DNA from: an uncultured Candidatus Saccharibacteria bacterium
Lineage (GTDB): Bacteria > Patescibacteriota > Minisyncoccia > Minisyncoccales > CAYVNG01
Direction of reading: 5' to 3'
Assembly: GCA_964452875.1 (NCBI GenBank)
Contig: CAYVNG010000001.1
Coordinates: forward strand, 2,786-66,785
Length of the DNA: 64,000 nt
Under the pieces are notes generated by a model that saw only the letters and a program-made list of their open reading frames with translations, was not told the DNA's origin and did not search any database. Shown in pieces: positions 45,637 to 56,852 of this stretch (position 1 is the stretch's first letter; every line of letters begins with the position of its first letter). Made by a program: the position numbers and the translations under genes.

Positions 45637-47157
45637 ATGGGAGAGAAATTCTATATAACCACGAGCATAGCTTATACCAACGCCCCTCCGCACATAGGGT
45701 ATGCCTTGGAATCCGTGCAGGCGGACGCCATCGCCCGCAGCCAAAGGATGGCGGGGAAAGACGTTTTTTTCTTGACTGGGACCGACGAACACGGGCAAAA
45801 GATAGCGACAGCCGCCAAAAGCCACAACATTGATCCCCAGTCTTTCGTTGACGGCATTTCCAAAAAATTCCAAGGCCTAAGGCAGTTGCTGAACCTCTCT
45901 ACGGACAGCTTCATCAGGACCACTGACCGGAAAAGGCACTGGCCCTCGGTCGAGAAAGCGTGGCTGGAATTAGTAAAGAACGGGGACATAGTGAAGAAGA
46001 AATACAAGGGATTTTACTGCGCAGGCTGCGAAGCCTTCGTCACTGAAAAAGACCTGGTCAAGGGGAAATGCCCGATCCACGGTAAAGAGCCGGAATCCTT
46101 GGAAGAAGAAAATTATTTTTTCAGGCTTTCGAAATATTCAAAAAAACTCGAAGAAATCATCGAAAACGACGCGATCAGGATAATTCCCTCTTCCAAAAAG
46201 AACGAAATGTTCCAATTCATCAAAAGCGGGCTCGAGGACGTTAGTTTTTCTAGACCGAGGAAAAATCTGGAGTGGGGGATTCCCGTCCCGGGAGATTCGT
46301 CTCAGACCGTCTATGTCTGGGCCGATGCACTGGTAAACTACGTGTCCGCCATAGGGTACGCGGAAAATTCCGATGATTTCAAAAAATACTGGCCGGCCGA
46401 CGTCCATTGCGTGGGGAAGGATATCCAGAAGTTCCATTGCCTGATCTGGCCTGCCATGCTTTTGTCCTTGGGGTTGGAGCTGCCAAAATCTGTTTTCGTG
46501 CACGGATTCATCACCGCAAACGGGCAGAAGATGTCCAAATCCCTGGGGAACGTGGTCGATCCTTTCGAACTGGTGGAAAAATACGGAACAGACCCTGTCA
46601 GATATTTCCTGCTCAGGGAAATTCCCCAGACCGAGGACGGGGATTTCAGCTATGAGAAAATGGAAGCAAGATGCAACGGCGAATTGGCGAACGGAATAGG
46701 GAACACATTGAGCAGGGTGCTGACGCTGATCGAGAAAAAATGCGGAGGAGAGATCTCTGGCCCTGGCAGAGGAGAAAACCAGCTCAGAGATTTTTTGGTC
46801 TTCGAGGTTTTGCCGAATTCCCAGTGCGGAAGCGGTTTTGATTTCAGCCTCGCTCTTTCCAAGATTGCGGAGGCTTTCAAGATGATAGACCGGGAGATAG
46901 ATCAAACAAAGCCTTGGGAATGGGATTCAGAAACCGCCCGATCAAACCAGTATTTCTATTCCTGGACGGCTTCGATAAGGTTTTTGGCTTGTTTATTGCT
47001 TCCTTTCATCCCGGGATCGGCAGAAGAGATTCTAAAGCAGCTGGGCTTGGATCCTGAAGAGGAGAAAAAGGACGTTATAAGGAAGGGGATCGTCTGGGAG
47101 GATTTGAAGCCGGGACAGAAAATCAGAAAGGGAAAAATCTTGTTCCAGCGCTTTTGA
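45637..47157 (+). CDS. metG: Methionine--tRNA ligase
   Basis: [38 protein letters not shown]. Confidence 0.96.
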   Translation: MGEKFYITTSIAYTNAPPHIGYALESVQADAIARSQRMAGKDVFFLTGTDEHGQKIATAAKSHNIDPQSFVDGISKKFQGLRQLLNLSTDSFIRTTDRKRHWPSVEKAWLELVKNGDIVKKKYKGFYCAGCEAFVTEKDLVKGKCPIHGKEPESLEEENYFFRLSKYSKKLEEIIENDAIRIIPSSKKNEMFQFIKSGLEDVSFSRPRKNLEWGIPVPGDSSQTVYVWADALVNYVSAIGYAENSDDFKKYWPADVHCVGKDIQKFHCLIWPAMLLSLGLELPKSVFVHGFITANGQKMSKSLGNVVDPFELVEKYGTDPVRYFLLREIPQTEDGDFSYEKMEARCNGELANGIGNTLSRVLTLIEKKCGGEISGPGRGENQLRDFLVFEVLPNSQCGSGFDFSLALSKIAEAFKMIDREIDQTKPWEWDSETARSNQYFYSWTASIRFLACLLLPFIPGSAEEILKQLGLDPEEEKKDVIRKGIVWEDLKPGQKIRKGKILFQRF

Positions 47158-48079
47158 TTCTGAACTCCACGTTTTTCTCGTTCCTTGCCTTCAGGGAATA
47201 ATATTTGGTCAGTCTTTCGGCCTCCTCAACGGCCGTTTTTTCAATTAAAGGATCATTTTTTCCGTACTGCCTGACCAGGGTCATCGGTCCTTTGTATTTT
47301 TTCATTTCAACCAAAACGTCTCCTTTTTCAGCCGTTTTTCTGAGCAGCGAGTTTTCTTCTTTGTTTCTCCCGACGACGATCAGGCATTTTCCCTTGCAAA
47401 AATGCCTTCCGATTTTTGCCAAAAAAACGTCGCTTTCAGAGAATTCTTTACAGAAAGAGTTGATTATTTTCATCCTCTTGGAGAATTCAGGGTCGGTAAG
47501 CAAGCACCCTCCAGCCGGATTCGGATATTGCTTGATTTGATATTTTTCAGTCAGCTCAATTTGTTTTTTCCTTGATTTTCCGCATATCATCAGCAGTTTT
47601 TCCCTTTCCACCTGCCCCGATTTTTCAGGAATCGTTTTTTCCAAAAGCTTTGCTGAAAGCGGTCTTAAAAGAAAGCCTTCCAAACAGGATTCTTTTTCAA
47701 TAGTCTGCATCGCTTCTCTGTTCTGGCTCATAGGTCTTTGGCCCAGCACTTCTCCGGTGGCCACGAATCCGTATTTTTCTTTTCTCATTATTTCTTTGGC
47801 TTTTTTGAGCATCAATATCCTGCAGTCGATGCAAGGATTCATCCCTTTTCCGTATCCGAAAAGAGGGGATTTCAGCATTCCGAGATGCGCTTTCGATATG
47901 TCAATTGTCCTGTGTTTCAGTTTCAGCTGTTCGGCTGATTTCTCCGCCTTTGCCGAGTCAAAAAAACAGCTCTTGAATATGAGAGCTGTGACGCCTATCC
48001 TCTGTTCTTCCAGGATTTTAGCCGCCAGCATCGAATCCAATCCCCCCGAGAACAAAAGCAGGGCCTTGGTCCGTTTCAT
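47123..48079 (-). CDS. ThiI/MnmA-like PP-loop tRNA thiouridylase
   Basis: [41 protein letters not shown]. Confidence 0.8.
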   Translation of the reverse strand: MKRTKALLLFSGGLDSMLAAKILEEQRIGVTALIFKSCFFDSAKAEKSAEQLKLKHRTIDISKAHLGMLKSPLFGYGKGMNPCIDCRILMLKKAKEIMRKEKYGFVATGEVLGQRPMSQNREAMQTIEKESCLEGFLLRPLSAKLLEKTIPEKSGQVEREKLLMICGKSRKKQIELTEKYQIKQYPNPAGGCLLTDPEFSKRMKIINSFCKEFSESDVFLAKIGRHFCKGKCLIVVGRNKEENSLLRKTAEKGDVLVEMKKYKGPMTLVRQYGKNDPLIEKTAVEEAERLTKYYSLKARNEKNVEFRIKSAGTRFFPF

Positions 48080-49296
48080 TTTATTCTTCTCACTTCCGTC
48101 TTGAATTGGGTGAAGACTCTGGTATCGTCCGGAACGTTTTCAAGAACGACGGTCGCCGGCCCGATCATGGAATTCTTCCCGATCAGCACGCCCGGCATCA
48201 GGCTGGCATTTATCCCTGTCTTGGAGTTCTGGCCCATGATGACCCCGAGCGACTTGAGCCCGGTGTCTATCTTTTCCCCTTTGACAGAGGACTTGACTGA
48301 GTTTCTGTCTATTCTCAGGTTGGCGGTGACGGTTCCGGCTCCGATCCGGCATCCTTTGTCGAAGACGGAATCGCCGAAAAATCCGGAATGAATATGCACG
48401 TTCTCCTGGAAAATGCACCTGGCCACTTCGGCGTTCGCCCCGATCAGGGTCCCTTTTTCCAGATTAGAATATTCCCTCACCACGGCATTGTTTCCGATTA
48501 TGGAATCGTCCCCTATATAGCAGGGGCCTTTGATGACTGCGTTTTCGAAGATCTTCACGTTCTTCCCTATATAAACATTGCCTTTGGTTTTCGCCTTTGA
48601 ATGATTTTTATGTTTCAAAAATCTGTCAAAAAGGTATTTCTGGAAAGAGAAAAGGTCCCATGGGTATTTCAGGGAAGGGGAGTCTGATTTTCCAAAAATG
48701 ACTATGTCGGTCGGGTTGGCCTTGACGTAAGAAGAAAGGGCTTTTTCAAAGTCGTATTTTTCCTTTTTTGTCTTTTCATATGTTTTAAAGAAGTCAGGGC
48801 TTAACAGATATACTCCCAAGACTCTTATGTCCGAAGGATTTTTCCCTTTTTTCGGCTTTTCCACTATCCCCAAAACCCTGCTGCCTTTTATTTTCGCTAT
48901 GCCGAACAACTCCGGGGTTTTTGTCTTTTGGCCGAAGAGAAGGGATTTTTGCTTGTTTCCCTCCGTTTTCGATATTATTTCCCCGACATCGACCCGCTCT
49001 GCGTTCAATACCAAAAATCTTCCTTTTAGAAATTTTTTCGCCTTGGACAAGGCGTCTCCCATGCCCTCCGGACGAGGTTGGATCACGAATTTCAATCCTG
49101 GGAATCCGGTCAATTCTTTTTCAATCTCCTTTTCGGGGCCCTGGACGACTATAATGTCGTTGATTCCGCTTTTTTCCAGCTCCTTGAGGGTATACCAGAT
49201 CAAGGGTTTTCCCATCATCTTCAAAAGGCTCTTGTGATTTTGATTGAGCGGCCAGAATCGGGATGATTCTCCTGCGGCCAAGACTACGGCTTGCAT
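48076..49296 (-). CDS. glmU: Bifunctional sugar-1-P nucleotidyltransferase/acetyltransferase (archaeal-type GlmU)
   Basis: [22 protein letters not shown], hexapeptide repeats, [10 protein letters not shown]. Confidence 0.8.
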   Translation of the reverse strand: MQAVVLAAGESSRFWPLNQNHKSLLKMMGKPLIWYTLKELEKSGINDIIVVQGPEKEIEKELTGFPGLKFVIQPRPEGMGDALSKAKKFLKGRFLVLNAERVDVGEIISKTEGNKQKSLLFGQKTKTPELFGIAKIKGSRVLGIVEKPKKGKNPSDIRVLGVYLLSPDFFKTYEKTKKEKYDFEKALSSYVKANPTDIVIFGKSDSPSLKYPWDLFSFQKYLFDRFLKHKNHSKAKTKGNVYIGKNVKIFENAVIKGPCYIGDDSIIGNNAVVREYSNLEKGTLIGANAEVARCIFQENVHIHSGFFGDSVFDKGCRIGAGTVTANLRIDRNSVKSSVKGEKIDTGLKSLGVIMGQNSKTGINASLMPGVLIGKNSMIGPATVVLENVPDDTRVFTQFKTEVRRIK

Positions 49297-49298
49297 GT

Positions 49299-50261
49299 TT
49301 ATTTTATGCTTAATATCGCGTTGGCTAATTTTTTCGGATCGTGGACTAGGGATCCGTCAGAGCGAAGAAGGTCTTTCCCTATGAATTTCGGCTTTTGAAG
49401 GTCACCATCGGCAGCCACCGGTCTTAAAAGCTCGGGATTGTTTTTTTTGCAAAAGCTGATCATTTTTCGGTTCGGCTTCTTTGAATTATATATGACGTAA
49501 TCGAGTTCCTTTCCCAGTAGCTTTTCTATCTCTGCGGCAAAGCTTTTAACGCTGAAATTGTCCGTTTCCCCGTGCTTTTGCATCAGATTGCAGATATAGA
49601 CCGTTTTCGCCTTGCTTTTCCTTATGGCTTCTGCCATACCTTTTGTTAAAAGTATCTGAGCCAGGGAGGAGAAAAGGTCTCCCGGGCCTATGATTATGAG
49701 GTCAGCGCTTTTGATGGCTCGGACGGATTCAGGATAGGCGAAAACGTCCGGTTTAAGGTACACTTTTTTGATTCTCAAGCTTCCGTTGTGCTTGGGGATG
49801 TCGATGTCGGTTTCCCCCTTGATTACTTTCCCGTTTTCCAAGACCGCGTACAGATCTCCCTTGTCTAAGGTCGCCGGAAGAACCCGGTGTTTTATATTAA
49901 GAATCTTTTTTATCTCCCTGAGGACTCTTTCGTAGTTGTTGCTGCTCAATTCGAAAGCAGTGATGAGGAGGTTGGCGAAATTGTGCCCTTTCAGGGATCC
50001 GGAAGTGAATCTGTAATTGAACAGGTTTTTCAGTTCGCTGGTCGTGTTTGAAAGGGCGAGGAGCGACCTTCTTATGTCTCCGGGGGAGTTTATCTTGTAT
50101 TCCTTCCTAAGTCTTCCGGACGATCCTCCTGAATCGAGCATTGAGCAGATGACAGACAGCCTGACCGGTTTTTCCTTCAGTCCGGCCAGCACGGTTTTCG
50201 GCATAGCATTCCCTCCTCCCAGGCAGACGATGTGCCTAATTTTTTTTGTGCTCTGTCGCAT
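49299..50261 (-). CDS. yvcK: YvcK/GlmR (UPF0052) family protein
   Basis: [38 protein letters not shown]. Confidence 0.88.
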   Translation of the reverse strand: MRQSTKKIRHIVCLGGGNAMPKTVLAGLKEKPVRLSVICSMLDSGGSSGRLRKEYKINSPGDIRRSLLALSNTTSELKNLFNYRFTSGSLKGHNFANLLITAFELSSNNYERVLREIKKILNIKHRVLPATLDKGDLYAVLENGKVIKGETDIDIPKHNGSLRIKKVYLKPDVFAYPESVRAIKSADLIIIGPGDLFSSLAQILLTKGMAEAIRKSKAKTVYICNLMQKHGETDNFSVKSFAAEIEKLLGKELDYVIYNSKKPNRKMISFCKKNNPELLRPVAADGDLQKPKFIGKDLLRSDGSLVHDPKKLANAILSIK

Positions 50262-50841
50262 ATTTTTGCGCGAGGCCGAGAGTCTCTCGGTTGATCTTAA
50301 GGTATTGTTCAGGAATTACGTCCAGGACGGCTTTGGAAATAGTTTTGAAATCGATGGGAATGATTTCTTTGATGGAAGCCAAAGCCAGAAGGAAGATTCC
50401 GGCCGTCACGTCCGTTCCCAGCTCCTTTCTGCAGATGTCCGAAGCTGGTATGAAGGATATTTTTTTCGTCTTTTGACTGAGCATTCTTGCGATCTCTTTT
50501 TCCTGGACAGGGGACTTGAAGGGGATCGGGGAAATCAGCTTATTTATCAGAAAAAAAGTGTTTTTGCCCGCAAAGCCGGCTGCGTTCAAGGCTTCCTGCT
50601 GCTCAAGGCTCAAGATCAAGTCGGCTTTCCCTTTTGCCACCAGAGGAGAATGTATCTTTTTTCCGATTCTGGCGTGCACTTCGACTGAGCCTCCCCTTTG
50701 GGAAAGGCCGTGGAGCTCTGAGGTCTTGACGTCTAATCTCAAATCCATGGCCGCTTTCGCCATTATCTGAAGGATGGTTATCAGCCCCTGGCCTCCGGTT
50801 CCGACCACCACCGCATTGAATTGTTTTTTACTATTTTTCAT
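50236..50841 (-). CDS. iorB: Indolepyruvate:ferredoxin oxidoreductase beta subunit
   Basis: VGTGGQG, SELHGLSQRGGSV, SPLV..GKAD. Confidence 0.88.
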   Translation of the reverse strand: MKNSKKQFNAVVVGTGGQGLITILQIMAKAAMDLRLDVKTSELHGLSQRGGSVEVHARIGKKIHSPLVAKGKADLILSLEQQEALNAAGFAGKNTFFLINKLISPIPFKSPVQEKEIARMLSQKTKKISFIPASDICRKELGTDVTAGIFLLALASIKEIIPIDFKTISKAVLDVIPEQYLKINRETLGLAQKYATEHKKN

Positions 50842-50842
50842 C

Positions 50843-52471
50843 TTATTTTTTCTCTACGAATTTGCACGGATGCTCGGATATTATAACCGAGACCTCCTTC
50901 CTGTTGACGAAATCCTTCACCGTTTTCACAAACTCTTCCTGGTTGAAGGGGTCGACGATTTTGACGTTTTTGACTCCGCAGGCCTTGACCACGTCATATA
51001 TCCTTATTCCCTGGCGGTCTTTGGGGGCGGCCGGATTGGGCTGGTGCCCGGTCATGGCCGTGGTGGAGTTGTCCATTATGATTATCAAAGGGTTGGATCT
51101 GTTGAAAACGGTGTTTACCAGGGCCGGGATGCCAGAGTGGAAGAAGGTGGAATCTCCTATGAAAGATATCGTTTTCTGGGGATGGGCTGGGTTGGATTTT
51201 TTTATCCCGTGGCTGACGCCGATGGAAGAACCCATGCAGAAAAGGAAGTCCTGGAGGTTATGCGGGGGCATTCCCCCGAGCATGTAGCACCCTATGTCTC
51301 CCCCGAAAACGATTTTTTTCTCGTCCACCGCCTTTTTGACTCCGTTGAAAACCAGCCAGTAAGGACAGCCCGGGCAGAGCTGGGGGAATCTTTTGAGAGC
51401 TGTAATTTTGGTTTCTTCCGGCAGGGAATATTTTTTGCCCAGGAGTTTTGCTATAGCGAAAGTGACGTCTTCCGGCTTTGACTCTCCGGTCTGAGAAAGA
51501 AGACTTTTCCCTTGTATTTTCAGTTTGCAATTCGCTTCCTTGGCGATTATTCTAATCTCTTTTTCGACAAAGGGTTCCATTTCTTCCGCCACGAGGACTT
51601 CCTTCAGCGGAGAAATGAATTCTTTCACTATTTTTTCCGGGAAAGGATAGAAAAAGTCAATCTTCAGGACAGGAAGGGAAGCGTTCAGCTCGTTGATCGA
51701 CTCCATTGCATAGAGGTAGGAAATCCCCGAGGCGATTATCCCTTTAGTCTGCCCTTTTGTTTTCGGTCCAGGACGTCTTTCCGCGAACTCCTTTATCCTT
51801 TTTTCTTTTTCAAGAAGTTCTTCTTTCATTTCCAGGACCCTCGGAGGCAGGGTTACGAATCTGGATCTGTCGCGGACGAATTTCCCTGAAAGGGATTTTA
51901 GTTCTTTGAGCTTTCCGAGTTTGACCGGCATCCTCTGATGGGAAACTCTGGTGGTAGTCCTCACCATCACCGGTATTTTGAAGACTTCCGAAATCTCGAA
52001 GGCCTTTTTCACGAAATCCTTGCATTCCTGGGAATCTGAAGGCTCGAGTGTCGGGATATGGGCCAGATACGAGTAAGCTCTTGAGTTCTGCTCTGACTGA
52101 GCAGAGCTCCAGCATCCAGGGTCGTCGGCTACGAAGATGACGGTAGGCCCTCTGCTTCCGGTGTAAACGAAAGGTATTAAAGCTTCGGCGCAGACGTTCA
52201 GCCCGAAATGCTTCATCGCCACCAGGGTTTTCAGTCCCGATAGGGAAGCCCCGATGCCGGCCTCAAGAGCCACTTTTTCATTGGTGGAAAATTCAAAGTA
52301 CGCTCCTGCTTCTTTTGAAATTTTGTAGAAAATATTCCCTATCTCCGAGGCTGGCGTGCCAGGATAGGTCGAAACGAACTGGACTCCGGCTTCAAGAGCT
52401 CCCCTTACAGCAGCTTCGTTACCCAGCAAAAGAACCTTTTCTCCGGTTTTTTTTGAAAGTAATTCTTCCAT
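50843..52471 (-). CDS. iorA: Indolepyruvate:ferredoxin oxidoreductase alpha subunit
   Basis: LLGNEAAVRGALEAG, YPGTP, NEKVALE, MKHFGLNV, CPGCP, GDIGCY, GDSTFFHSG, TAMTGHQP. Confidence 0.92.
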   Translation of the reverse strand: MEELLSKKTGEKVLLLGNEAAVRGALEAGVQFVSTYPGTPASEIGNIFYKISKEAGAYFEFSTNEKVALEAGIGASLSGLKTLVAMKHFGLNVCAEALIPFVYTGSRGPTVIFVADDPGCWSSAQSEQNSRAYSYLAHIPTLEPSDSQECKDFVKKAFEISEVFKIPVMVRTTTRVSHQRMPVKLGKLKELKSLSGKFVRDRSRFVTLPPRVLEMKEELLEKEKRIKEFAERRPGPKTKGQTKGIIASGISYLYAMESINELNASLPVLKIDFFYPFPEKIVKEFISPLKEVLVAEEMEPFVEKEIRIIAKEANCKLKIQGKSLLSQTGESKPEDVTFAIAKLLGKKYSLPEETKITALKRFPQLCPGCPYWLVFNGVKKAVDEKKIVFGGDIGCYMLGGMPPHNLQDFLFCMGSSIGVSHGIKKSNPAHPQKTISFIGDSTFFHSGIPALVNTVFNRSNPLIIIMDNSTTAMTGHQPNPAAPKDRQGIRIYDVVKACGVKNVKIVDPFNQEEFVKTVKDFVNRKEVSVIISEHPCKFVEKK

Positions 52472-52520
52472 TTTTCTGTTTTTCCGACGCGCTTGAGGGG
52501 CGCATGGAATTTAAATATCC

Positions 52521-54359
52521 TTATTCAACGGTCACGCTTTTGGCCAGATTCCTCGGCTTGTCTATATCTTTTCCGAGCTTCAGCCCGGCATAGGCTGCAA
52601 AAAGGTGAGCGGGGATCACTGACAGTATCGGGGTAAGCATTTCCATGGTCTGAGGGATGTATATTAAGTCGTCTGCCATTTTTTTTATCTCCTCGTTCCC
52701 TTCGGTAGCCACTGCTATCACCTTGCCGTTCCTGGCCTTGGTTTCCTCTATCGCATTGATCATCTTCTCGTAGACCGAATCTGAAGGGACGAAGCAGAAA
52801 GTCGGGAAGTTCTCGTCGATCAAGGCTATCGGTCCGTGCTTCATTTCCCCGGCCGGATACCCTTCAGCATGTATTAAGGTGGTCACTTCTTTCAGCTTGA
52901 GGGCCCCTTCTAAGGCTATGGGATAGTTGTATTTCCTCCCCAGGAAAAAGAAGTTCCTGTATTTAGAATATTTTTCAGCTATTTTTTTTATCTTTTCGCT
53001 TTGCCCTAATATTTTTTCAGCCAGTCCGGGAAGCTTTTCAAGCTCTGAAGCTATTTTTTTTCCGGTTACCAAAGACATCCCTCTCTGCCTTCCGAGGAAG
53101 ACGGTCAGCAAAGCCAAGATTGCCAGTTGGGAAACGAATACCTTGGTGGAAGCCACTCCGATTTCCGGCCCGACGTGGTTGTAAACCCCGGCGTCGGTCT
53201 CCCTTGTCTGGGTGGATCCCACCGTGTTGGTGATGCCCAGGGCCAGAGTCCCTTTTCTTTTAGCTTCTTTCAGGGCTCCTATGGTGTCTGCCGTCTCTCC
53301 TGACTGGGAAATGGCCAGGACCGCCGTGTTTTCGTCTATAACCGGCTTTTTGTACCTGAATTCTGATCCTATGCCGACTTCGACCGGGATTCCCGCGTAT
53401 TCTTCGATCATATATTCTCCGATCATAGCCGCATGCCTTGCTGTCCCGCATCCTAAAATAATAAGCCTGTTTATCCCTTTCATTTTTTCCTTCACGCTTT
53501 CAAGCCCTCCGAGATTGGCTAGGCCCTCTTCTATGAGCAGCCTTCCAGCTATGCTTTTTCTGATGGATTCCGGCTCTTCGAATATCTCCTTGAGCATGAA
53601 GTGGGAGAACTCTCCCTTCTGGGACTCTTCCATCTTTATGTCCAAATCTTCAAAGGACTTGTCTTCCAGGACATTTTCTTTCAGAACGAAGAATTTTTCC
53701 GAAGTCATTACGGCAAGCTCGTTGTCTTCCAGATAGACCACCTTCTTGGCGTAGGGGACTATGGCGTTCGGATCGGAAGCGACCAGGTAGTCTCCGTTCT
53801 CCAGCCCCACTCCGATCAAGAGGGGGCTTGAAAGCCTGGCCACGACCAGTTTTTCAGGATCGTCCCTGCATATGACCGCCAACGCGTAGGTTCCCTTAAG
53901 GAGCTTTAAAGCTTTGGCCGTAGCTTCCTCCAGGTTCCCCTTGAAATAGTGCTCTATCAAGTGGCTTATCACTTCGGTATCTGTTTCGGAGGTGAATTTG
54001 TGGCCCTTGGCCTTCAGCTTTTCCTCCAAATCCTTGTAATTTTCGATTATACCGTTGTGGACGACGAAAACGTTCCTTTTGCAGTCGCATTGAGGATGGG
54101 CATTCTCTTCAGTGACCTTGCCTGTGGTCGCCCATCTGGTGTGAAGAATGAAAGGACTTCCCGAAACAGGGGATTTGTAAAAAAGCTCTTCCAACCGGTC
54201 TATCCTCCCCACCGTTTTGATGGAAAAAATGGATTTTTTTTCATGGTCGTAGACGGCAAGGCCGGCGGAGTCGTATCCGCGGTATTCCAGCCTTTTCAAG
54301 GCGTCGATGCCTATCTTCACGTTATTCTGTTTTCCGAAATATCCTATGATGCCGCACAT
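52521..54359 (-). CDS. glmS: Glutamine--fructose-6-phosphate aminotransferase
   Basis: MCGIIG, LEYRGYDSAG, HTRWAT, SQSGETADT, PRNLAKSVTVE. Confidence 0.97.
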   Translation of the reverse strand: MCGIIGYFGKQNNVKIGIDALKRLEYRGYDSAGLAVYDHEKKSIFSIKTVGRIDRLEELFYKSPVSGSPFILHTRWATTGKVTEENAHPQCDCKRNVFVVHNGIIENYKDLEEKLKAKGHKFTSETDTEVISHLIEHYFKGNLEEATAKALKLLKGTYALAVICRDDPEKLVVARLSSPLLIGVGLENGDYLVASDPNAIVPYAKKVVYLEDNELAVMTSEKFFVLKENVLEDKSFEDLDIKMEESQKGEFSHFMLKEIFEEPESIRKSIAGRLLIEEGLANLGGLESVKEKMKGINRLIILGCGTARHAAMIGEYMIEEYAGIPVEVGIGSEFRYKKPVIDENTAVLAISQSGETADTIGALKEAKRKGTLALGITNTVGSTQTRETDAGVYNHVGPEIGVASTKVFVSQLAILALLTVFLGRQRGMSLVTGKKIASELEKLPGLAEKILGQSEKIKKIAEKYSKYRNFFFLGRKYNYPIALEGALKLKEVTTLIHAEGYPAGEMKHGPIALIDENFPTFCFVPSDSVYEKMINAIEETKARNGKVIAVATEGNEEIKKMADDLIYIPQTMEMLTPILSVIPAHLFAAYAGLKLGKDIDKPRNLAKSVTVE

Positions 54360-54362
54360 ATT

Positions 54363-56780
54363 CTAAGGTATGACCAGGTTGATCAGCTTTCCGGGGATGA
54401 AAACAACCTTCTTAATTTCTTTTCTTTCTATCCATCTCTTAACTTTTTCCCGCTCAAGTGTCAATTCTTGTATTTTCTCCTTAGGAGTCCCGGCCTTCAC
54501 CTCCATACTGTCCCTCACTTTCCCGTTTATCTGGATTATAAGCTCGAACGTTTCCTTTTTTATGAGATTTGGGTCGTATTCGGGCCATTTTTCAGAGAAT
54601 ATCGAGCCCTTTTTTTTCAGATGAGACCATATTTCTTCTGCCATGTGCGGAGCCATCGGGCTTATCAATTTGATCAGGGCTTCGTATTCCTTAAGAGGGA
54701 CGGTTTTCGCCTTGTCCATTTCGTTGACCAGGATCATCAGGCTTGAGACGGCGGTATTGAATCTGAAAGAGTCGATGTCTTCTGAGACTTTTTTGATCGT
54801 CTGGTGAGTTATCCTCTCAAGAGCTTCGCTTTTTTCGACCGGCGACGTCTTGCCACATAGATTCCATATCTTGTTCAAAAATCTGTGGCAGCCCGTTACT
54901 CCCTTGTCCGACCACTCGGTCGCCTGATCGGCCGGTCCCATGAAAAGCTCATAAATCCTTATGGTGTCGGCCCCGTATTTTTTGATTATTTCATCAGGAG
55001 TGATTATATTCCCTTTCGATTTCGACATTTTGGCTCCGGTATGGTAGATGATCCCCTGGCAGAATAGTTTCGAAAACGGCTCTTCGAAAGAAAGGTGGCC
55101 CAAATCCTTGAGCGCTTTCACGAAAAATCTGGAATAAAGCAGATGGAGGCAGGCGTGCTCCGCCCCTCCGACGTAGAGATCGACTGGAAGCCATTCTTCT
55201 ATTTTTTTCCTGTCAGCGAAGTTTTTTTCGTTTTCAGGATCGGCATATCTCAGAAAATACCAGGAAGAGCAGACGAAAGTGTCCATGGTATCTGTCTCCC
55301 TTTTCGCTTTGCCTTTGCAGACCGGGCATTTCACCTCGACGAATTTTTTTGATTTGGCCAAAGGGGATTCTCCTTCTCCGGCCGGCTTAAAGTCTTTTAT
55401 CCTCGGGAGATTTACGGGAAGATCTTTTTCCGGCACAGGGACAGCTCCGCATTTCGGGCAGTGGATGATCGGTATGGGCGATCCCCAATACCTCTGGCGG
55501 GAAATAAGCCAGTCACGGAGGCGGTAAAAAACGGCATTCTGGCCGAGCTTCCTTACGGACAGATATTTCGTTATCTCTTCTTTGGCTTTTTTAGAAGACA
55601 GCCCGGAAAATGGCCCTGAATTGACCAGCGTCCCTTCTCCTTCGAAAAGCTCTTCCTGGCTGTTTTTATCCGCGGAAACGACGACTTTCTTTATCGGAAG
55701 GCCGTATTTTTCGGCGAATGCGAAATCCCTCTGGTCGTGAGAAGGGACTCCCATTACGGCCCCTGTGCCGTAATCCATCAGAACGTAGTCTGCCACAAAC
55801 ACCGGAATTTCCTTATTGTTGATGGGATTCACGGCAGAGATGCCTTTCAGTTCCTTTCCCGTCTTTTCCTTTTCTTCCGAAGCCCTTTCGATCTCGGTTC
55901 TTTTCTTGGAAGCCTTGACGTAATCTTCCACTTCCCTTTGATTTTCGATGAATTCCTTGGCTTTTTCTATCAAAGGGTGCTCCGGGGAAAGGACGACGTA
56001 AGTGCATCCGAAAAGGGTGTCCACCCTGGTCGTGAAAACCGGAAGAGAGAGGCTTTCCCTCGAGTTTTGCAGTTTTATCTCGAAAATAACTTCCGTTCCC
56101 TCGCTTTTGCCGATCCAGTTTTTCTGCATCACCTTTATCTTTTCCGGCCAGTCGATTCTATCCATGTCTTTTAGCAGGCGGTCGGCAAAGTCGGTTATCT
56201 TGAAAAACCACTGCTTCAAATATTTCTTTTCCACCAAAGAGCCGCATCTTTCGCATTTTTCGTCGATGACCTGTTCTCTGGCCAGGACCGTTTTGCAGGA
56301 AGGGCAGTAGTTTACGGGAGCTTTTTTCTGATAGGCCAGGCCGGCTTTGAAAAGGGTCAGAAACATCCATTGGGTCCACTTGTAGTATTTAGGATCGAAA
56401 GTGACGACTTCCCTTTCCCAGTCGTACCCGAACCCGCACATCTTGAGCTGTCTTCTGATATTTTTGATCGCTTTTCCTGTCTGGATGGACGGATGGACCC
56501 CTGTTTTCAAAGCGTAGTTTTCGGCCGGAAGGCCGAATGCATCGAATCCCATCGGATGGAGACAGCTGGCCCCCTGCATCATCCTCTTTTTGACTATGAC
56601 GTCGGTGATGGTGTATCCCTTTAAATGACCCACGTGCAGCCCGTAAGCAGAAGGATAGGGGAACATGTCCAGGCAGTAGAACTTTTTTTTATCCCTTTTC
56701 TGTTTTGCTTTGAACACTTCGGATTTTTCCCAAAAAGCCTGCCATTTCTTCTCAATATTAGAGGGATTGTAAGCTTTCAT
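54363..56780 (-). CDS. leuS: Leucine--tRNA ligase
   Basis: MFPYPS..LHVGH, DAFGLPAEN, ISRQRYWG, GGAEHA, KMSKS; ATG 56780 is 7 nt after TAAAAT. Confidence 0.96.
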   Translation of the reverse strand: MKAYNPSNIEKKWQAFWEKSEVFKAKQKRDKKKFYCLDMFPYPSAYGLHVGHLKGYTITDVIVKKRMMQGASCLHPMGFDAFGLPAENYALKTGVHPSIQTGKAIKNIRRQLKMCGFGYDWEREVVTFDPKYYKWTQWMFLTLFKAGLAYQKKAPVNYCPSCKTVLAREQVIDEKCERCGSLVEKKYLKQWFFKITDFADRLLKDMDRIDWPEKIKVMQKNWIGKSEGTEVIFEIKLQNSRESLSLPVFTTRVDTLFGCTYVVLSPEHPLIEKAKEFIENQREVEDYVKASKKRTEIERASEEKEKTGKELKGISAVNPINNKEIPVFVADYVLMDYGTGAVMGVPSHDQRDFAFAEKYGLPIKKVVVSADKNSQEELFEGEGTLVNSGPFSGLSSKKAKEEITKYLSVRKLGQNAVFYRLRDWLISRQRYWGSPIPIIHCPKCGAVPVPEKDLPVNLPRIKDFKPAGEGESPLAKSKKFVEVKCPVCKGKAKRETDTMDTFVCSSWYFLRYADPENEKNFADRKKIEEWLPVDLYVGGAEHACLHLLYSRFFVKALKDLGHLSFEEPFSKLFCQGIIYHTGAKMSKSKGNIITPDEIIKKYGADTIRIYELFMGPADQATEWSDKGVTGCHRFLNKIWNLCGKTSPVEKSEALERITHQTIKKVSEDIDSFRFNTAVSSLMILVNEMDKAKTVPLKEYEALIKLISPMAPHMAEEIWSHLKKKGSIFSEKWPEYDPNLIKKETFELIIQINGKVRDSMEVKAGTPKEKIQELTLEREKVKRWIERKEIKKVVFIPGKLINLVIP

Positions 56781-56852
56781 GTTATTCATTTTATCTCAAA
56801 AAAGGCGGGCTGTAAATCTCAAGCCGCCCTTCCGAAGCCGTTCTAAAGAGGG

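Noticed and set aside
54355-54365. glmS ribozyme
   Set aside because: glmS starts 3 nt after the leuS stop, leaving no room
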